A model generated the notes under the pieces. The model ran no database searches. It had not been told where the DNA came from and was given only the letters and a program-made list of their open reading frames with translations. A stretch of DNA of 64,000 nt, taken from positions 251,224,001 through 251,288,000 of the forward strand of contig OZ024743.1 in the NCBI GenBank assembly GCA_964016885.1, given 5' to 3'. The position numbers and the translations under genes were made by a program. Shown here piece by piece: positions 40,163 through 53,440 of the stretch (positions within the stretch are counted from its first letter, which is position 1; each line of letters begins with the position of its first letter). The DNA is from Eledone cirrhosa (taxonomy: Eukaryota).

Positions 40163-40354
40163 TATATATATAAACAGTAAACAAATGACTGTTTTTATAT
40201 ACATCTGCAAAGCATGACAAGTTTTATCTGCTGTCACAATTGGTTAAATTGTTAGTAAAGCAGAGTTAAATGACATCCACCACAGCAGTGCAGCACCATA
40301 AGGCACTAAATTGATTGTCATTATCTATCTTGTTAATTATTAATCTTGTTAAAC

Positions 40355-40471
40355 TGAGTTCAAATCCCGCTGAGGTTGACTTTGCCTTTCATCCTTACGG
40401 GGTCGATGAAATAAAGTACCAGTAATGCACTGGGTAATTGCTGGCCTTGTGCCTAAAGTAGAGACAATTAT
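40355..40471 (+). mobile_element. Nin/Deu-like SINE 3' part
   Basis: ctgagttcaaatcccgctgaggttgactttgcctttcatccttacggggtcgat. Confidence 0.75.
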
Positions 40472-40679
40472 CTATCTCGTTAATTTATTCATTTCTGGTT
40501 TCGTTTACATAATAAATGTGGGTGATGGTGTCGGTGGTAGAAATGGTGGTGGTGTTATTGGTGGTTGTTTTGGTTGTGTTGTTATGGTGTTAGTGATGAT
40601 GTTGTCAAAGTGTTGTTGTTTGAGGTGGGGGTGATGTTGATGTTGGTAATAGGGTTGGTGATAGCACAGATATATTGTT

Positions 40680-41665
40680 GTTGGTGGTGTTGGAGGTATT
40701 GATGATAGTGGTAGTGTTGTTGTGATGGTTGTGGTGTTGGTGTGGTTGGTGGTGGTATTGATGATAGTGGTAGTGTTGTTGTGATGGTGGTGTTGGTGTT
40801 GTTGGTGGTGTTGGTGGTATTGATGATAGTGGTAGTGTTGTTGTGATGGTGGTGTTGGTGTTGTTGATGGTGGTGGTGTTGGTATTGATGATAGTGGTAG
40901 TGTTGTTGTGATGGTTGTGGTGTTGGTGTGGTTGGTGGTGGTATTGATGATAGTGGTAGTGTTGTTGTGATGGTGGTGTTGGTGTTGTTGGTGGTGTTGG
41001 TGGTATTGATGATAGTGGTAGTGTTGTTGTGATGGTGGTGTTGGTGTTGTTGATGGTGGTGGTGTTGGTATTGATGATAGTGGTAGTGTTGTTGTAATGG
41101 TTGTGGTGTTGGTGTTGATGGTGGTGTTGGTGGTATTGATGATAGTGGTAGTGTTGTTGTGATGGTTGTGGTGTTGGTGTTGTTGGTGGTGTTGGTGGTA
41201 TTGATGATAGTGGTAGTGTTGTTGTGATGGTGGTGTTGGTGTTGTTGATGGTGGTGGTGTTGGTATTGATGATAGTGGTAGTGTTGTTGTGATGGTTGTG
41301 GTGTTGGTGTTGTTGGTGGTGTTGGTGGTATTGATGATAGTGGTACTGTTGTTGTGATGGTGGTGTTGGTGTTGTTGATGGTGGTGTTGGTGGTATTGAT
41401 GATAGTGGTAGTGTTGTTGTGATGGTTGTGGTGTTGGTGTTGTTAATGGTGGTGGTGTTGGTGGTATTGATGATAGTGGTAGTGTTGTTGTTGATGGTGG
41501 TGTTGGTGGTATTGATGATAGTGGTACTGTTGTTGTGGTGTTGGTATTGTTGATGGTGGTGTTGGTGGTATTGATGATAGTGGTAGTGTTGTTGTGATGG
41601 TTGTGGTGTTGGTGTTGTTGATGGTGGTGTTGGTAGTATTGATGATAGTGGTAGTATCGTTGTTG
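40680..41665. repeat. GT-rich minisatellite, core GGTATTGATGATAGTGGTAGTGTTGTTGTGATGG
   Basis: Direct tandem units of ~50-65 bp. Confidence 0.95.
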
Positions 41666-42384
41666 TTGGTGATGATGATGATGGAGTTGGGAGTGATGGT
41701 GGTTGTGTTAGTAGTTTTAGTGGTTGTGATGGTGTTGTTAGTTGTAGTAAGGAAATATGCATATTGCTTTAGTCACCTCCTCTATTTAAGCCAACTCAAG
41801 TGTGACACTATAACCCAGTGTAAATACTAACACTAAACCAACTACTATTCAGTCTTTGTGCTACCATATAAATAAACCATCAGTAGTACTACGGTAATAG
41901 ATATTAACGCATTCATATAAAAAAATGTAAAGGTAACTTTCATGAACAACAAAAAATAATGAATGTCTTTCAATGTATTGAAATAATTGTTTGTTTGTGC
42001 TGATATACCAATGTATATTAATGGAACTGAATATCATCATCAACATCATTTGAAAACATCAGGAAATTAATAAATTACTTATGTTTTTATTTCTCTTTTA
42101 CTTTTCCCCTCAGCGGGCCTCAAAGTATGACCAACAGATGTAAAGCTAACTTGGAACAACTCTGCGTGGTCAATTATTGGGGGCTGTTACAGCTTTATCT
42201 CTCATGAAGTGTTATTAACAATAGAATTGTTTTTTCATTTTTGGAAAACGTTTTGTAGACTAAATAGGCAGCTTGATCAAGCAATTTGAAGAGAGATTTG
42301 TGGTGGGGTTTAGAAGCACTAAATATTCAGATACACAGTACTGGAATCACAATATCATGTTCACAGTATACACAGTAAGTCATT

Positions 42385-42815
42385 GATGTTAGGAAAGGCA
42401 TTCAGTTATAGAAACCATGCTCTCAGTACATACTGTAAAGTCTTTGGAGTTAGGAAAGACATGCAGCTGTAGAATCCATGTTCCCAATATGCACTGTAAA
42501 AAGGTTGGTGTTGAACATCCAGCCATAGAAAACTTGCTCCCAGTACACACTGAAAAGAGGTTGGTGTCAGGAAAGGTATCCAGCCATAGAAACCATACTC
42601 CTAGTGAACATTGTAAATAGGTTGGCATTAGGAAGGGCATCCAGCCATAGAAACCATACTCCCAGTACACATTGTAAAGAAGTTTACATTAGGATAGGTA
42701 TCAAACTATGGAACATATGAGCAAGGCATGGTTACCTGACTAGTTAAGCCACAGAATGCGACAACTCTTATAAACCATGCAAGCATGGAGTATTGACGTT
42801 AAGCATTGATGATAA
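42385..42815 (+). repeat. Tandem ~58-bp amplification of the RTE/SINE tail motif (about 6 copies) followed by the tail end
   Basis: ttaggaagggcatccagccatagaaaccatactcccagtacacattgtaaa repeats. Confidence 0.7.
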
Positions 42816-43249
42816 TGATATATGGTTGTAAGGCTCAAGTATTATTATACTTTCTATCATCCTGTGTCCTATACAAAGAAAAAAGCCACAGGCATCTGGT
42901 TTAGGATATGTACACCCTTTTACTGTGTGAGGCAAACAGAGACTAAAAGGGTTGGTATCAGGAAGGGCATCTGACTTTAAAATTCTCTCAAAATATTCCA
43001 TCCAACCAATGCCTGCATAGAAAAGTCAATGTAAAAATGATGTAAAAACTAGAGAGATATCCAAATGATAGCAGGTTATCAGGAATACACTGAGTATGTT
43101 TCATTCGTGTCGTTTCTATTCATTGCAATCTAGTCTCTATGTTTTATTTTATAACTGCTGTTTTATTTTTGTAATGTTTACCTATTCTTCGTTTGTTGCT
43201 ATCATATTTGTTTGAATTTTTTAATCCTCTGTGTAGGATTCTTCACATT

Positions 43250-43722
43250 TATGAGATTGTGAGTTCAATTCTCAGACCAGGCAGTGTTTGTGTCTGTGAA
43301 CATGACACTTTATTTCACGTTGCTCCAGTTCACTGAGATGTACATATGTGGCATCGTTTGTGCCAAGCTGTATCAACCTTGACCTCTATCTTGTTTTATA
43401 TTGGTGGCATGGAGAGGGGAGACTGGTGTGTATGGGGACTTTTGGTCTCCCACAAAAACACCTTGCTTAGGATTGTGCCTCAGAGGGGAACCTTCTAGGG
43501 ACAAACCCTTGGTCATTTGTGACAAGAATGGATCTAAAGAATGTTGATCACTGATGAAAAGTCATTATATTCATTGGTCAGAATCTGGCCATTTTGCTGG
43601 TCAACAAAAACAAAGGGGCGCTCTTCATTGAAATGCTCAGCCACTTACATGTTAATTTCATAAGCAGGTTGTTCAGATGACTGAACAACTGTAACACTCG
43701 TCTTTGAAACTGATGAAGGTCC
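43250..43722 (+). mobile_element. Degenerate tRNA-derived SINE(s)
   Basis: gagttcaattctcagacc..acactttatttcacgttgctccagttcact; 3' block tgctcagccacttacatgttaatttc is shared with ~46240. Confidence 0.6.
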
Positions 43723-44297
43723 GTTTCATATGTGTATGTCTATGTATGTATAATGATGATGATGGTTACAATGAAGATAATGTTGATGATGATGATGGTG
43801 ATGGTGACGATGACAATGGTGATGATGATAACATTGGTGACAAATGATGATGATGCTGACTGCTGGATTTCATTGATTTTGATTATGACAGTTATTACAA
43901 TGATGATGATGATGATGATGAAAAATCCATCACCTTACCTTCCCCTCTCCCTCTTACATCATATTATTCGATAATGTTTAACAAATAAGGTCTGATATAG
44001 TTCTCAATATCAGGTTGTCATGGTGATTGTTAATAATTGACTGGAGGAAGTACTTCTGCCGCCCACCCCACCCCACCTGCGTCCCTCCTCAATATGAGTT
44101 GTTATGGTGATTGTTAATAATTGACTGGGACCCTCCAGTTGTTACCTCACCCACCACCTCCAAACCTCTCCCTCCTCAATCACCTGGTCAATGACTCTGA
44201 TGGTTCACACCTTAATTTAACACCTCTTCCATGTCTTGTGTGTACATCTGTTGCATGTATTACTCTGTGTGTATGTGTGTGGTTATTGTGTGTGGTT

Positions 44298-44345
<48 letters not shown>

Positions 44346-44419
44346 TGTTTGTGTATTTCTATTGTGCATGTGTAGCTATTGTGTTTATTTGTATGGCAGT
44401 GTATCTGTTGTGTGTCAAT

Positions 44420-44800
44420 ATTAATGTGTGTCTATGTAGTGTGTGTGTGTGTGTGTGTTTATTACTGTGTCTATGTAGTGTGTGTGTGTTTATTACTGTG
44501 TGTATGTAGTGTGTGTGTGTGTGTTTATTACTGCCTATGTTCGTAACTGTCACTGTATGTATGTGTGTGTGTGTTTATTACTGTGTGTATGTAGTGTGTG
44601 TGTGTGTTTATTACTGTGTGTATGTAGTGTGTGTGTGTGTGTGTTTATTACTGTGTGTATGTAGTGTGTGTGTGTGTTTATTACTGTGTGTATGTAGTGT
44701 GTGTATGTAGTGTGTGTGTGTGTTTATTACTGTGTGTATGTAGTGTGTGTGTGTTTATTACTGCCTATGTTCGTAACTGTCACTGTATGTATGTGTGTGT
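44420..44800. repeat. TG-rich minisatellite (TTTATTACTGTGTGTATGTAG(TG)n)
   Basis: Direct. Confidence 0.9.
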
Positions 44801-45984
44801 AGATGTATCTTTCTCTATGTGTACATATATGTATCTGTCCCCTCCCCACTAGTCTATCCCCCCGCCCCATGTAATGGTAGTTTCTCACCTAGACCCACTC
44901 TCTCTCTCTCTCTCCATCTCCCACCTAGCTTTAGCCACACTTCAGCTACCCTCTTCCCTCTAATTCAATTCCTTCCACCACACACACACACATTCACATT
45001 AATATGTTCTAACAGTCATACATATATGTACATATACACACACAGATGCACATGCACACTTACTTGTGAAAAAAACACACACATACACACATATTCACAT
45101 GGAAACTCCCACACAGACATTCATACATACACACACACACTTTCTGTAGTCCACAACACTCTCGCCAACATATTAGATTAAGCTTTACCAATTTTCTATT
45201 TTTGCTTTACCCTATGCTATCACTGTGTCCACTCCCCACCACCCACGACAGCCACTCCCCCATCACTCCCCCTCCCCATCACTCCTCCTGTTTTCCACAA
45301 CCTCCCCATGTCACACTCACCTTTCAACTATTGTTCTTTCATTTTGTTCACCATTTGCCTCCCCCCCCCCCGCCGTCACTCCCTCCCCCATGTCACACTC
45401 ACCTCCCAACTATTATTGTTTCACTCAATCCATGCACCCCCCTTGTGCTCCCACCCACCCACCCTACTGCCATCCTCACCTCTTCCTGTTACACCTCCCT
45501 CCTCTCCTTCTCTGTACACCCCCACCTCTCATCTATTGTTATTGCAGCCTGCACCCTGCCCCCTGCTCATGACCATCCACGGGTACATTGAGGCAACCAT
45601 TCACTTAAAAGCCCCACCCCATAGAGACAAATTGTGTAAACACTTAATAACAACAGGTGTTCTCTCTTTCCCTGGCTTCCTGTCACTGCTCATTCTACCT
45701 GTGTATGTATGTGAGGTCTGAGAGAAAGAGAGACTCTGTGTGTGAATGTGTGTATGACTGCATGTGTATAAGTAAATGTGTGTGATTCCATATGTGAGTG
45801 ACTGTGTGAAATGTTTGTTAGTGTGTGTGTGTGTGTTTGTGTGTGTTTGCAAGTGAACTGTGTGTGCTAGTGAAGCTGTGTGTGTTTGCAAAGCTCTGTG
45901 TGTGTGAGATGATATATTTGTTAATGAGCCATGTGCAGATGTATATGTGTTTCGATGTGTGTGTATATGAGTTGATATATAGTG

Positions 45985-46320
45985 GAAGGCATGTAGCTGG
46001 GCAGTTAGAGCATTTGACTCAGGATCGTAAGGTAGTAAGTTCAATTCTCTGTGGTATGTTGTGTCTTTGAACAAGACAAGTTTATGTTGGTGTTATGTGT
46101 CATTGAACAAGTCACATTGCCCCAGTTCACTCAGCTGGCAAAATGAGAAGTACCTCTGGTTCAAAAGGCCAGTCTTGTCATACAGTGTCACGCTGAATCT
46201 CTCAGAGAACTACATTGAGAATACACATGTCTGGGGAATGCTCAGCCACTTACACATTAATTTCATGAGCTGGCATCGATATCAAATCAACTGGAATAGC
46301 CAGCAGTGGATCCAGTAGAG
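45985..46320 (+). mobile_element. Degenerate tRNA-derived SINE
   Basis: gaaggcatgtagct..gttagagcatttgactcaggatcgtaaggtagtaagttcaattc head. Confidence 0.6.
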
Positions 46321-46407
46321 AGCCAACATATATTGATATATATGTATAGATGTGTGTGTGTCTGTAAGACAGTAACACTTAAAATACCCATTTCTATGTG
46401 TGTGTAA

Positions 46408-46481
<74 letters not shown>

Positions 46482-47059
46482 AAATAAATAAATGTCAACA
46501 AGGAAAAATGACACAACACAATACAATACAATGAACACCCATGGTAGCATTAAATGATGATAATGATGATGTTATATATTGGTTTAATACATGATATAAG
46601 AAGGAAAGAGTTTTAACGTTTTGGATGATAGTCCTTCAATGTAAAATAAATCAAGAGTGAGAAGACAGGATGTTTGGAAGAAAGAAAATGAAATAGAAAT
46701 ATATAAACGATGAGTGTGAGAAGTAAAGTTGTGTTCTGTTACTGAATTAATTAGGTAGAGAGGGTATTTAATTCGTTTTTGAAATTTAGAGGTGAGCTTT
46801 AAATGACTATCTGTTTCATTTAGTGATGAAATAATGAGAAAGCTTTGATAATTTCTCGATCAAATGAGACTAGTACTCTTATAAAAAAAAATCACTGCTA
46901 CATCCTGTAAAGTAGTCATGCTGGTGAAATGACAATAAACGGCCAGTCAACCCAGTAAAGTGGTCATTTTGGTGCCATGACAAAAAGCACCCAATCCACA
47001 GTAAAGTAGTTGTGTTGGTGACATGACAAAAAGTGCCCAGTCCACATGGTTTTTCAATG

Positions 47060-47336
47060 ACACTCCACTCAATTATTTGGAAGCAGTAGCGGGCTCGACC
47101 TGGAGATGGATTTCAGTGCATACTTGAACAGCCTGCTGCAGCCCACAGTGAGAGAGTTAGAATCTTGCTAAAACCAAATAACAGCCAATGAAATATGGGA
47201 TGATATGGCTAATTGAATGAGGATTAAATCACCTGGTTTGGATGGTCTGCCCTAAGAGCTTTACACAAACATACCAGACTTCTTTGGCGACATCGTAGTG
47301 GCTATCTTCAGCAACTGGCAGCCGAACAGGAGAATT
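47060..47336 (+). pseudogene. L1/Tx1-like RT N-terminal fragment
   Basis: ITANEIWDDMAN*MRIKSPGLDGLP*ELYTNIPDFFG, matching the KSPGxDG motif. Confidence 0.7.
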
Positions 47337-48480
47337 GAATTGTCTTTCCCCTCTCCCAAAAATGACCTTGTGCTTAAATCAGACACCATTATTATTATTA
47401 ATGATCTGAGTTCAAATCCTGCCGAGGTTAACTTTGCCTTTCATCCTTACGGGGTCGATAAAATAAAGTACCAGTAATGTACTGGGTAATTGCTGGCCTT
47501 GTGCCAAAAGTAGAAACAATTATTATTATTAGGAATGTTGGATTGGCAGTATCTTGGTAGAGCTTTGTAGCATAGAGCTATGGACCTTTATGTTCTGAGT
47601 TCAAATCCTGCCGAGATTAGCTTTGCCTTTCATCATTTCAGGGTCGATAAAATAAAGTACCACTAATACACTGGTGTCGATTTAATTGACTTTCCCCTCC
47701 CCCAAAATTGGTGGCCTTGTGCCTAAACCAGAAACCCTCATTATTACTATAAACGGTGGATTGGCAATATCTTGGTATAGCTTTGTAGCATAAAGTTAAG
47801 GCTCTTTACATTCTGAGTTCAAATCCTGCAAAGGTTAACTTTCCCTTTCATCCATAGAGGATTGATAATATAAAGTACCAGTAATGCACTGGTGTTGATT
47901 CAATTGAACCCCCCCCCCCCCCCCCCTAATCGTTAGCATTGTGCCTAAATCAGAACTAACTATTATTCGGACAGTAGATTAAATATGCTTTGCAACAGAT
48001 AGTTACTTGCCTTTATATTTTAAGTTCAAATCTCACCAAGGTTATCTTTGCTTTTCATTATCAAAGGCGGTGGATTGGCAGTATCGGTAGAGGGTCTGAC
48101 GCCATGCTTTGCAGCAAAGAGTTACGGCCATTTATGGTCTGAGTTCAAATCCCGCCAAGGTTAACTTTGCCTTTCATCCTTACGAGTTCGATAAAATAAA
48201 GTACCAGTAATTACACTGGGAATATTGCTGGCCTTGTGCCAAAAGTAGAAACAATTATTATGGGTTTGATAAAATAAAATACCAGTAATGTACTGAGGTT
48301 GATTTAATTGACTTACCTCACTTCCCTTAAAATTGCTGGCCTTGTGCCAGAAGTAGAAACAATTGTTATGGGTTTGATAAAATAAAATACCAGTAATGTA
48401 CTGGGGTTGATGTAATTGACTTACTCCACTTCCCTTAAAATTGCTGGCCTTGTGCCAAAAGTAGAAACGATTATTATTAT
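47337..48480 (+). mobile_element. Head-to-tail array of ~6-7 full or partial Nin/Deu-like SINE units
   Basis: Repeated ggattggcagtatc..tctgagttcaaatcc..ctttgcctttcatc..gataaaataaagtaccag..ttgctggccttgtgcc. Confidence 0.85.
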
Positions 48481-48799
48481 GGAGTACTTGATATTTTTCT
48501 TTAATGTGTTGAGTGCTTCTTTCCATTGCTGAATTTGACATTATGCTTTTTTGGCTGCTGAAATAAGTCGAAGAGTTAACGTTTTTATTCAGAATAAAGT
48601 TAGTATTAATTTACAAGACCTCAACTGTTAGTTCTTAGTTCTTACATAAATTCAATTTCCTTTTACATTTAATGGATGTACATACACATGATCTTCTATT
48701 TGCTGGCATGTGCCATATACATATATACAAGTGTTTTAGTATATGTATATATGTACATATACACACAAATATATATATATATGTATATGTTTACATAAC

Positions 48800-48862
<63 letters not shown>

Positions 48863-49072
48863 GTATGTATATATATATATGTATGTATATATATATATGT
48901 ATGTATATATGTATGAATATATATATATATATACGTATGTATATATATATATGTATGTATATATATATATGTATGTATATATATATATATGTATGTATAT
49001 ATATATATGTATGTATATATATATATATGTATGTATATATATATATATGTATGTTTATATATATATGTATGT

Positions 49073-49112
<40 letters not shown>

Positions 49113-49168
49113 GTATATATATATATAGACAAAGGTATTTATATATACACATACATACACACACACAT

Positions 49169-49211
<43 letters not shown>

Positions 49212-49426
49212 TCTGTTTATTCATTTATTTATTTATTTACTTATTTATTTATTTCAAAAAAGCACTCTGGCTAATTGACCACTCCCCAAAGAAAAAACGG
49301 CCTGTGCCATGTTGTGGTCCTGTGTATCTAAATACCATCCTACCCCCCAAAATCCCCCACCCCCAGCCACCACTCCTCCCTTACCACTACATAAATGTAT
49401 AAATACCAGAACTTAATATGACACCC

Positions 49427-49477
49427 AGCTTCCTGAAGATTTCATCTGAATGAAACGGTACTAGTCTTGTAGAAGCT
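49427..49477 (+). ncRNA. Type I HHR motif, predicted GUA cleavage
   Basis: agcttc-CTGAAGA-t-ttc-atct-gaa-t-GAAAC-ggtactagtctt-GTA-gaagct; perfect 6-bp stem I; near-palindromic stem III. Confidence 0.7.
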
Positions 49478-49695
49478 CCTTCTATAAAATAAAAAATAAA
49501 AATATATATATATATATGTATGTGTGTATATATATATATATATTTATATATATATGTGTATGTATATATACATATATATGTATATATATATATGTATGTG
49601 TGAATGTATATATATATATATATGTATGTGTGTATGTATATATACAAATATATGTATATATATATATATGTATGTGTGAATGTATATATATATAT

Positions 49696-52589
49696 GCTCC
49701 AGAATCCTGGAATTCTGTGATGCAAATAACCTAACTATCTGTAACACTAACTTCAAAAAACGTGACAATCACCTGATCACCTATAGATCCGGGGAACACA
49801 CAAGCCAGGTAGATTATATCCTTACCAGAAGACGTGACAGAGTGTCTGTTGTAAACACTAAATCCCTCCCCCATGAAGAATGCACCTCCCAACATAGACT
49901 GATAATTAGCGACCTCATAGTCAGGTCGAGACGTACTCGACAGCAGAAGAGGACTATCCTCAGGAGAAAAATATGGAAGCTAAAGGACCCCACAGCCAAA
50001 AATAAATTTCAAAACATATTACTTGATGCTTTCGACAGTAAGGAAGAACACTTAGAGTCGGACAATATAGAGGGACAGTGGGAATTTCTGAAAGCAAACC
50101 TGCTGTTGGCCACAGACGAAGTCTGTGGCTGGAGCAGGCCTGTAGGCAGGAGGAGAGTAACATGGTGGTGGAACAGTAAGGTGGAGGAGTCAATTAAGGC
50201 CAAAAAGCAGGCTTGGAAAGTATGGCGGGATGGGGGAAGTAGAGTAGACTATCAAGTGGCCAGGAGGGAAGCTAGGAGAGAAGTGTACTTAGCAAGAAGG
50301 GAAGCTGAGGAAAGAAAGTTCAAGCATGTCCTACAACGCGATGACCAAAAACGTGAGGTGTTCAGGATTGCTAGGCAATGCGTCAAGGAAAACCGTGATA
50401 TTGTCGGGGAGAAGTGTGTACTTAACGATGATGGCATACTTGCCATCACCGACACTGATAAGAAGGCAGCTTGGAAGTGTCACTATGAAAGGCTACTAAA
50501 TGAGGAGAATAAATGGGAGAAAGACAGTCTCCCCCATGTCGACCCAATAGAGGGACCAGCAGTGTTAGTCGAGGGGAGTATAATAAGTAAGGCAATCAAG
50601 GATATGAAGACAGGTAAGGCGGCTGGGCCTTCGGAAATAGTTGCTGAGATGCTGAAGGCATCTGGCACGGTGGGACACACCATGGTCACCCGCATAGTTA
50701 ACCAAGTCGTACAGAATGGGGCTGTTCCGAAGGACTGGCATAGCAGCATCATCGTTAACTGTTATAAGGGTAAAGGAGACGCCCTAGATAGGAGTAACTA
50801 TAGAGGCATTAAATTAATCGACCAGGTCATGAAGGTCACAGAAAAAGTAATAGCGCAACTAATCAGAGAGAGAATTGACCTAGATGAAATGCAGTTCGGG
50901 TTTGTGTCAGGCAAAAGTACCACAGACGCTCTTTTCATAGTACGACAACTACAGGAGAAGTACCTAGCTAAAGGTAAACCCCTCTACTTAGCTTTTGTCG
51001 ACTTGGAGAAAGCCTTCGACAGAGTCCCCCGCTCCATTATCTGGTGGGCTCTTAGAAAACTAGGCGTTGACGAATGGCTTGTGAGGGCTATACAAGCCAT
51101 GTATAAAGAAACAGTCAGCAAGGTTAGAATTAACAACGAATATAGTGAAGAGTTTAGCGTAAAAGTTGGCGTCCATCAGGGCTCTGTTCTCAGCCCCCTA
51201 CTATTTATTATTGCCCTTCAGGCTATAACAGAGGAGTTCAAGACAGGCTGCCCATGGGAACTCCTATACGCAGACGACCTGACACTCATAGCGGAATCAA
51301 TGGCCGAGCTAGAGAAGAAATTCCAAACATGGAAGCACGGCCTAGAGTCAAAAGGACTTAAAATTAACCTGGCTAAGACCAAAGTTCTAGTTTGTAGGAA
51401 AGAAAACAAGGCGGCGGTCCCTTCTGGGAAATGGTCGTGCTCGGTGTGTAGGAAAGGCGTAGGTAGAAACTCCATTTTGTGTCCTAAATGCAAAGTATGG
51501 GTGCATAAAAGATGTGGGATCACAGGTAAGCTAACTAAGAACATAGATTTTACATGTGGCCGGTGTTCTGGTGCAATAAGTAGCAGCAAGTGCCCACACA
51601 ATACTAGCTCTTTCAATTGCGCAGAGGGTTCTATAGAAATAGTGGACAGCTTCCGTTACCTGGGCGATAAAATCAGCAGTGGGGGAGGGTGCTCTGAAAG
51701 TACTGTAGCTAGAGTCAGAACTGGTTGGAAAAAGTTCAGAGAGCTTATACCACTATTAGCTGCTAAAGGGTTCTCCCTAAAAATGAAAGGCAGGTTGTAC
51801 GATGCCTGCATACGAACAGCAATGTTGCATGGCAGTGAGACCTGGGCATTGTGTGCAGAGGATATACGCAGACTAGAGAGGAACGAAGCTTGCATGCTCC
51901 GCTGGATGTGTAACAGTAATATACGTGAACGGCAAAGCATAAACGAACTAAGGAAAAAATTAGAGATAAGAGGGATCAGATGTTGTTTACTCGAGAGAAG
52001 GCTACGTTGGTATGGACACGTGATGCGCATGAAAGTCGATAGCTGTATAACAAAGTGCAGGGCAATAAAGATAGACGGTAGCCACGGAATAGGCAGACCT
52101 AGAAAAACCTGGGACGAGCTGATAAACTCCGACCTCACACACTTACACCTCTCCAAGACAATGTCACTGGACCGAGACCTTTGGCGGTACTCAGTAACAG
52201 AGAAGACCCGCCTTGCCAGTAGGCATCTCTAACAAAATACACCCCGTCCCACCACCACCACCCCCACCCCATCCACACCACCCCGTCCTATGTAAAGTTA
52301 TGTTGGTGCCGCGCCATCCGGGCCGAAACAAATGAGATCGTGTAGGTGTCACGACAAAAAAACACACAGTCCACGCTGTAATGTGGCCGTGTAGGCAACA
52401 CGGTAAAAACCTCCCAGACCCACACTGTAAATGTGGTTGGTGTTAGGAAGGGCATCCAACTGTAGAAAACCTGCCAGACAGTCCTATGCGAGCAAGACAA
52501 TCACTCTTGCCTCAAGTGGGACTACCCCCGTCCAAACCCATGCAAGCGTGGAACACGGACGTTAAACGTTGATGATGATGATGATGATG
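49696..52589 (+). mobile_element. RTE-clade LINE family A, copy 2: 5'-truncated, in (TA)n, (GAT)n tail
   Basis: Homology to copy 1 begins at gctccagaatcc; (TA)-rich microsatellite on both sides. Confidence 0.95.
49698..52232 (+). CDS. Open 5'-truncated RTE ORF: APE C-terminus, RT and embedded PHD-like finger (no native start)
   Basis: Uninterrupted frame with [49 protein letters not shown]. Confidence 0.85.
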   Translation, partial: SRILEFCDANNLTICNTNFKKRDNHLITYRSGEHTSQVDYILTRRRDRVSVVNTKSLPHEECTSQHRLIISDLIVRSRRTRQQKRTILRRKIWKLKDPTAKNKFQNILLDAFDSKEEHLESDNIEGQWEFLKANLLLATDEVCGWSRPVGRRRVTWWWNSKVEESIKAKKQAWKVWRDGGSRVDYQVARREARREVYLARREAEERKFKHVLQRDDQKREVFRIARQCVKENRDIVGEKCVLNDDGILAITDTDKKAAWKCHYERLLNEENKWEKDSLPHVDPIEGPAVLVEGSIISKAIKDMKTGKAAGPSEIVAEMLKASGTVGHTMVTRIVNQVVQNGAVPKDWHSSIIVNCYKGKGDALDRSNYRGIKLIDQVMKVTEKVIAQLIRERIDLDEMQFGFVSGKSTTDALFIVRQLQEKYLAKGKPLYLAFVDLEKAFDRVPRSIIWWALRKLGVDEWLVRAIQAMYKETVSKVRINNEYSEEFSVKVGVHQGSVLSPLLFIIALQAITEEFKTGCPWELLYADDLTLIAESMAELEKKFQTWKHGLESKGLKINLAKTKVLVCRKENKAAVPSGKWSCSVCRKGVGRNSILCPKCKVWVHKRCGITGKLTKNIDFTCGRCSGAISSSKCPHNTSSFNCAEGSIEIVDSFRYLGDKISSGGGCSESTVARVRTGWKKFRELIPLLAAKGFSLKMKGRLYDACIRTAMLHGSETWALCAEDIRRLERNEACMLRWMCNSNIRERQSINELRKKLEIRGIRCCLLERRLRWYGHVMRMKVDSCITKCRAIKIDGSHGIGRPRKTWDELINSDLTHLHLSKTMSLDRDLWRYSVTEKTRLASRHL

Positions 52590-52684
52590 TATATATATGT
52601 ATGTGTGTATGTATATATATATATATGAATATATATGTATATATATATGTATATACATATGTATATATATATGTATGTGTGTAT

Positions 52685-52782
<98 letters not shown>

Positions 52783-52859
52783 ATATATATGTATGTATAT
52801 ATATATATATGAATATATATGTATATATATGTATGTGTATATACATATATATATGTGTG

Positions 52860-52912
<53 letters not shown>

Positions 52913-52983
52913 GTATATATATACGTATATATATATATATATATATACGTATATATATACGTATATATATATACATATATGTC

Positions 52984-53041
<58 letters not shown>

Positions 53042-53440
53042 TATACACATACATATATTACAATCATCAGCTTTTCCCCTGCTACATATGTATGTGTGTG
53101 TGTATGTATGTGTGTGTGTGTGTGTATGTATGTGTGTGTGTGTATATAAATACCTTTGTCTCCAATGATAACACTACCTACCCACTAACCCTCAGTCACA
53201 TCCTATAATCGTATGTAATTATATTCGTTTGGCACAATCTTTTACATTGAATGAGTCTGAAGAGAAGATTTCCCAGAGAATAACTTTCCTTACTGCTGAC
53301 GTTGCCGACATTACACGCTGATGCAGCTAAGTCTGCTGCTGATATTGGTGACGTAGCTGCTGACATTACTGTTGATGTTTCTGTAGGTACTGTTGATGTT
53401 GTTGGTGATAATGTTGGTGATGATGTTGCTGATGATATTG

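Noticed and set aside
40605-41762. 385-aa mucin-like ORF
   Set aside because: Same minisatellite artefact
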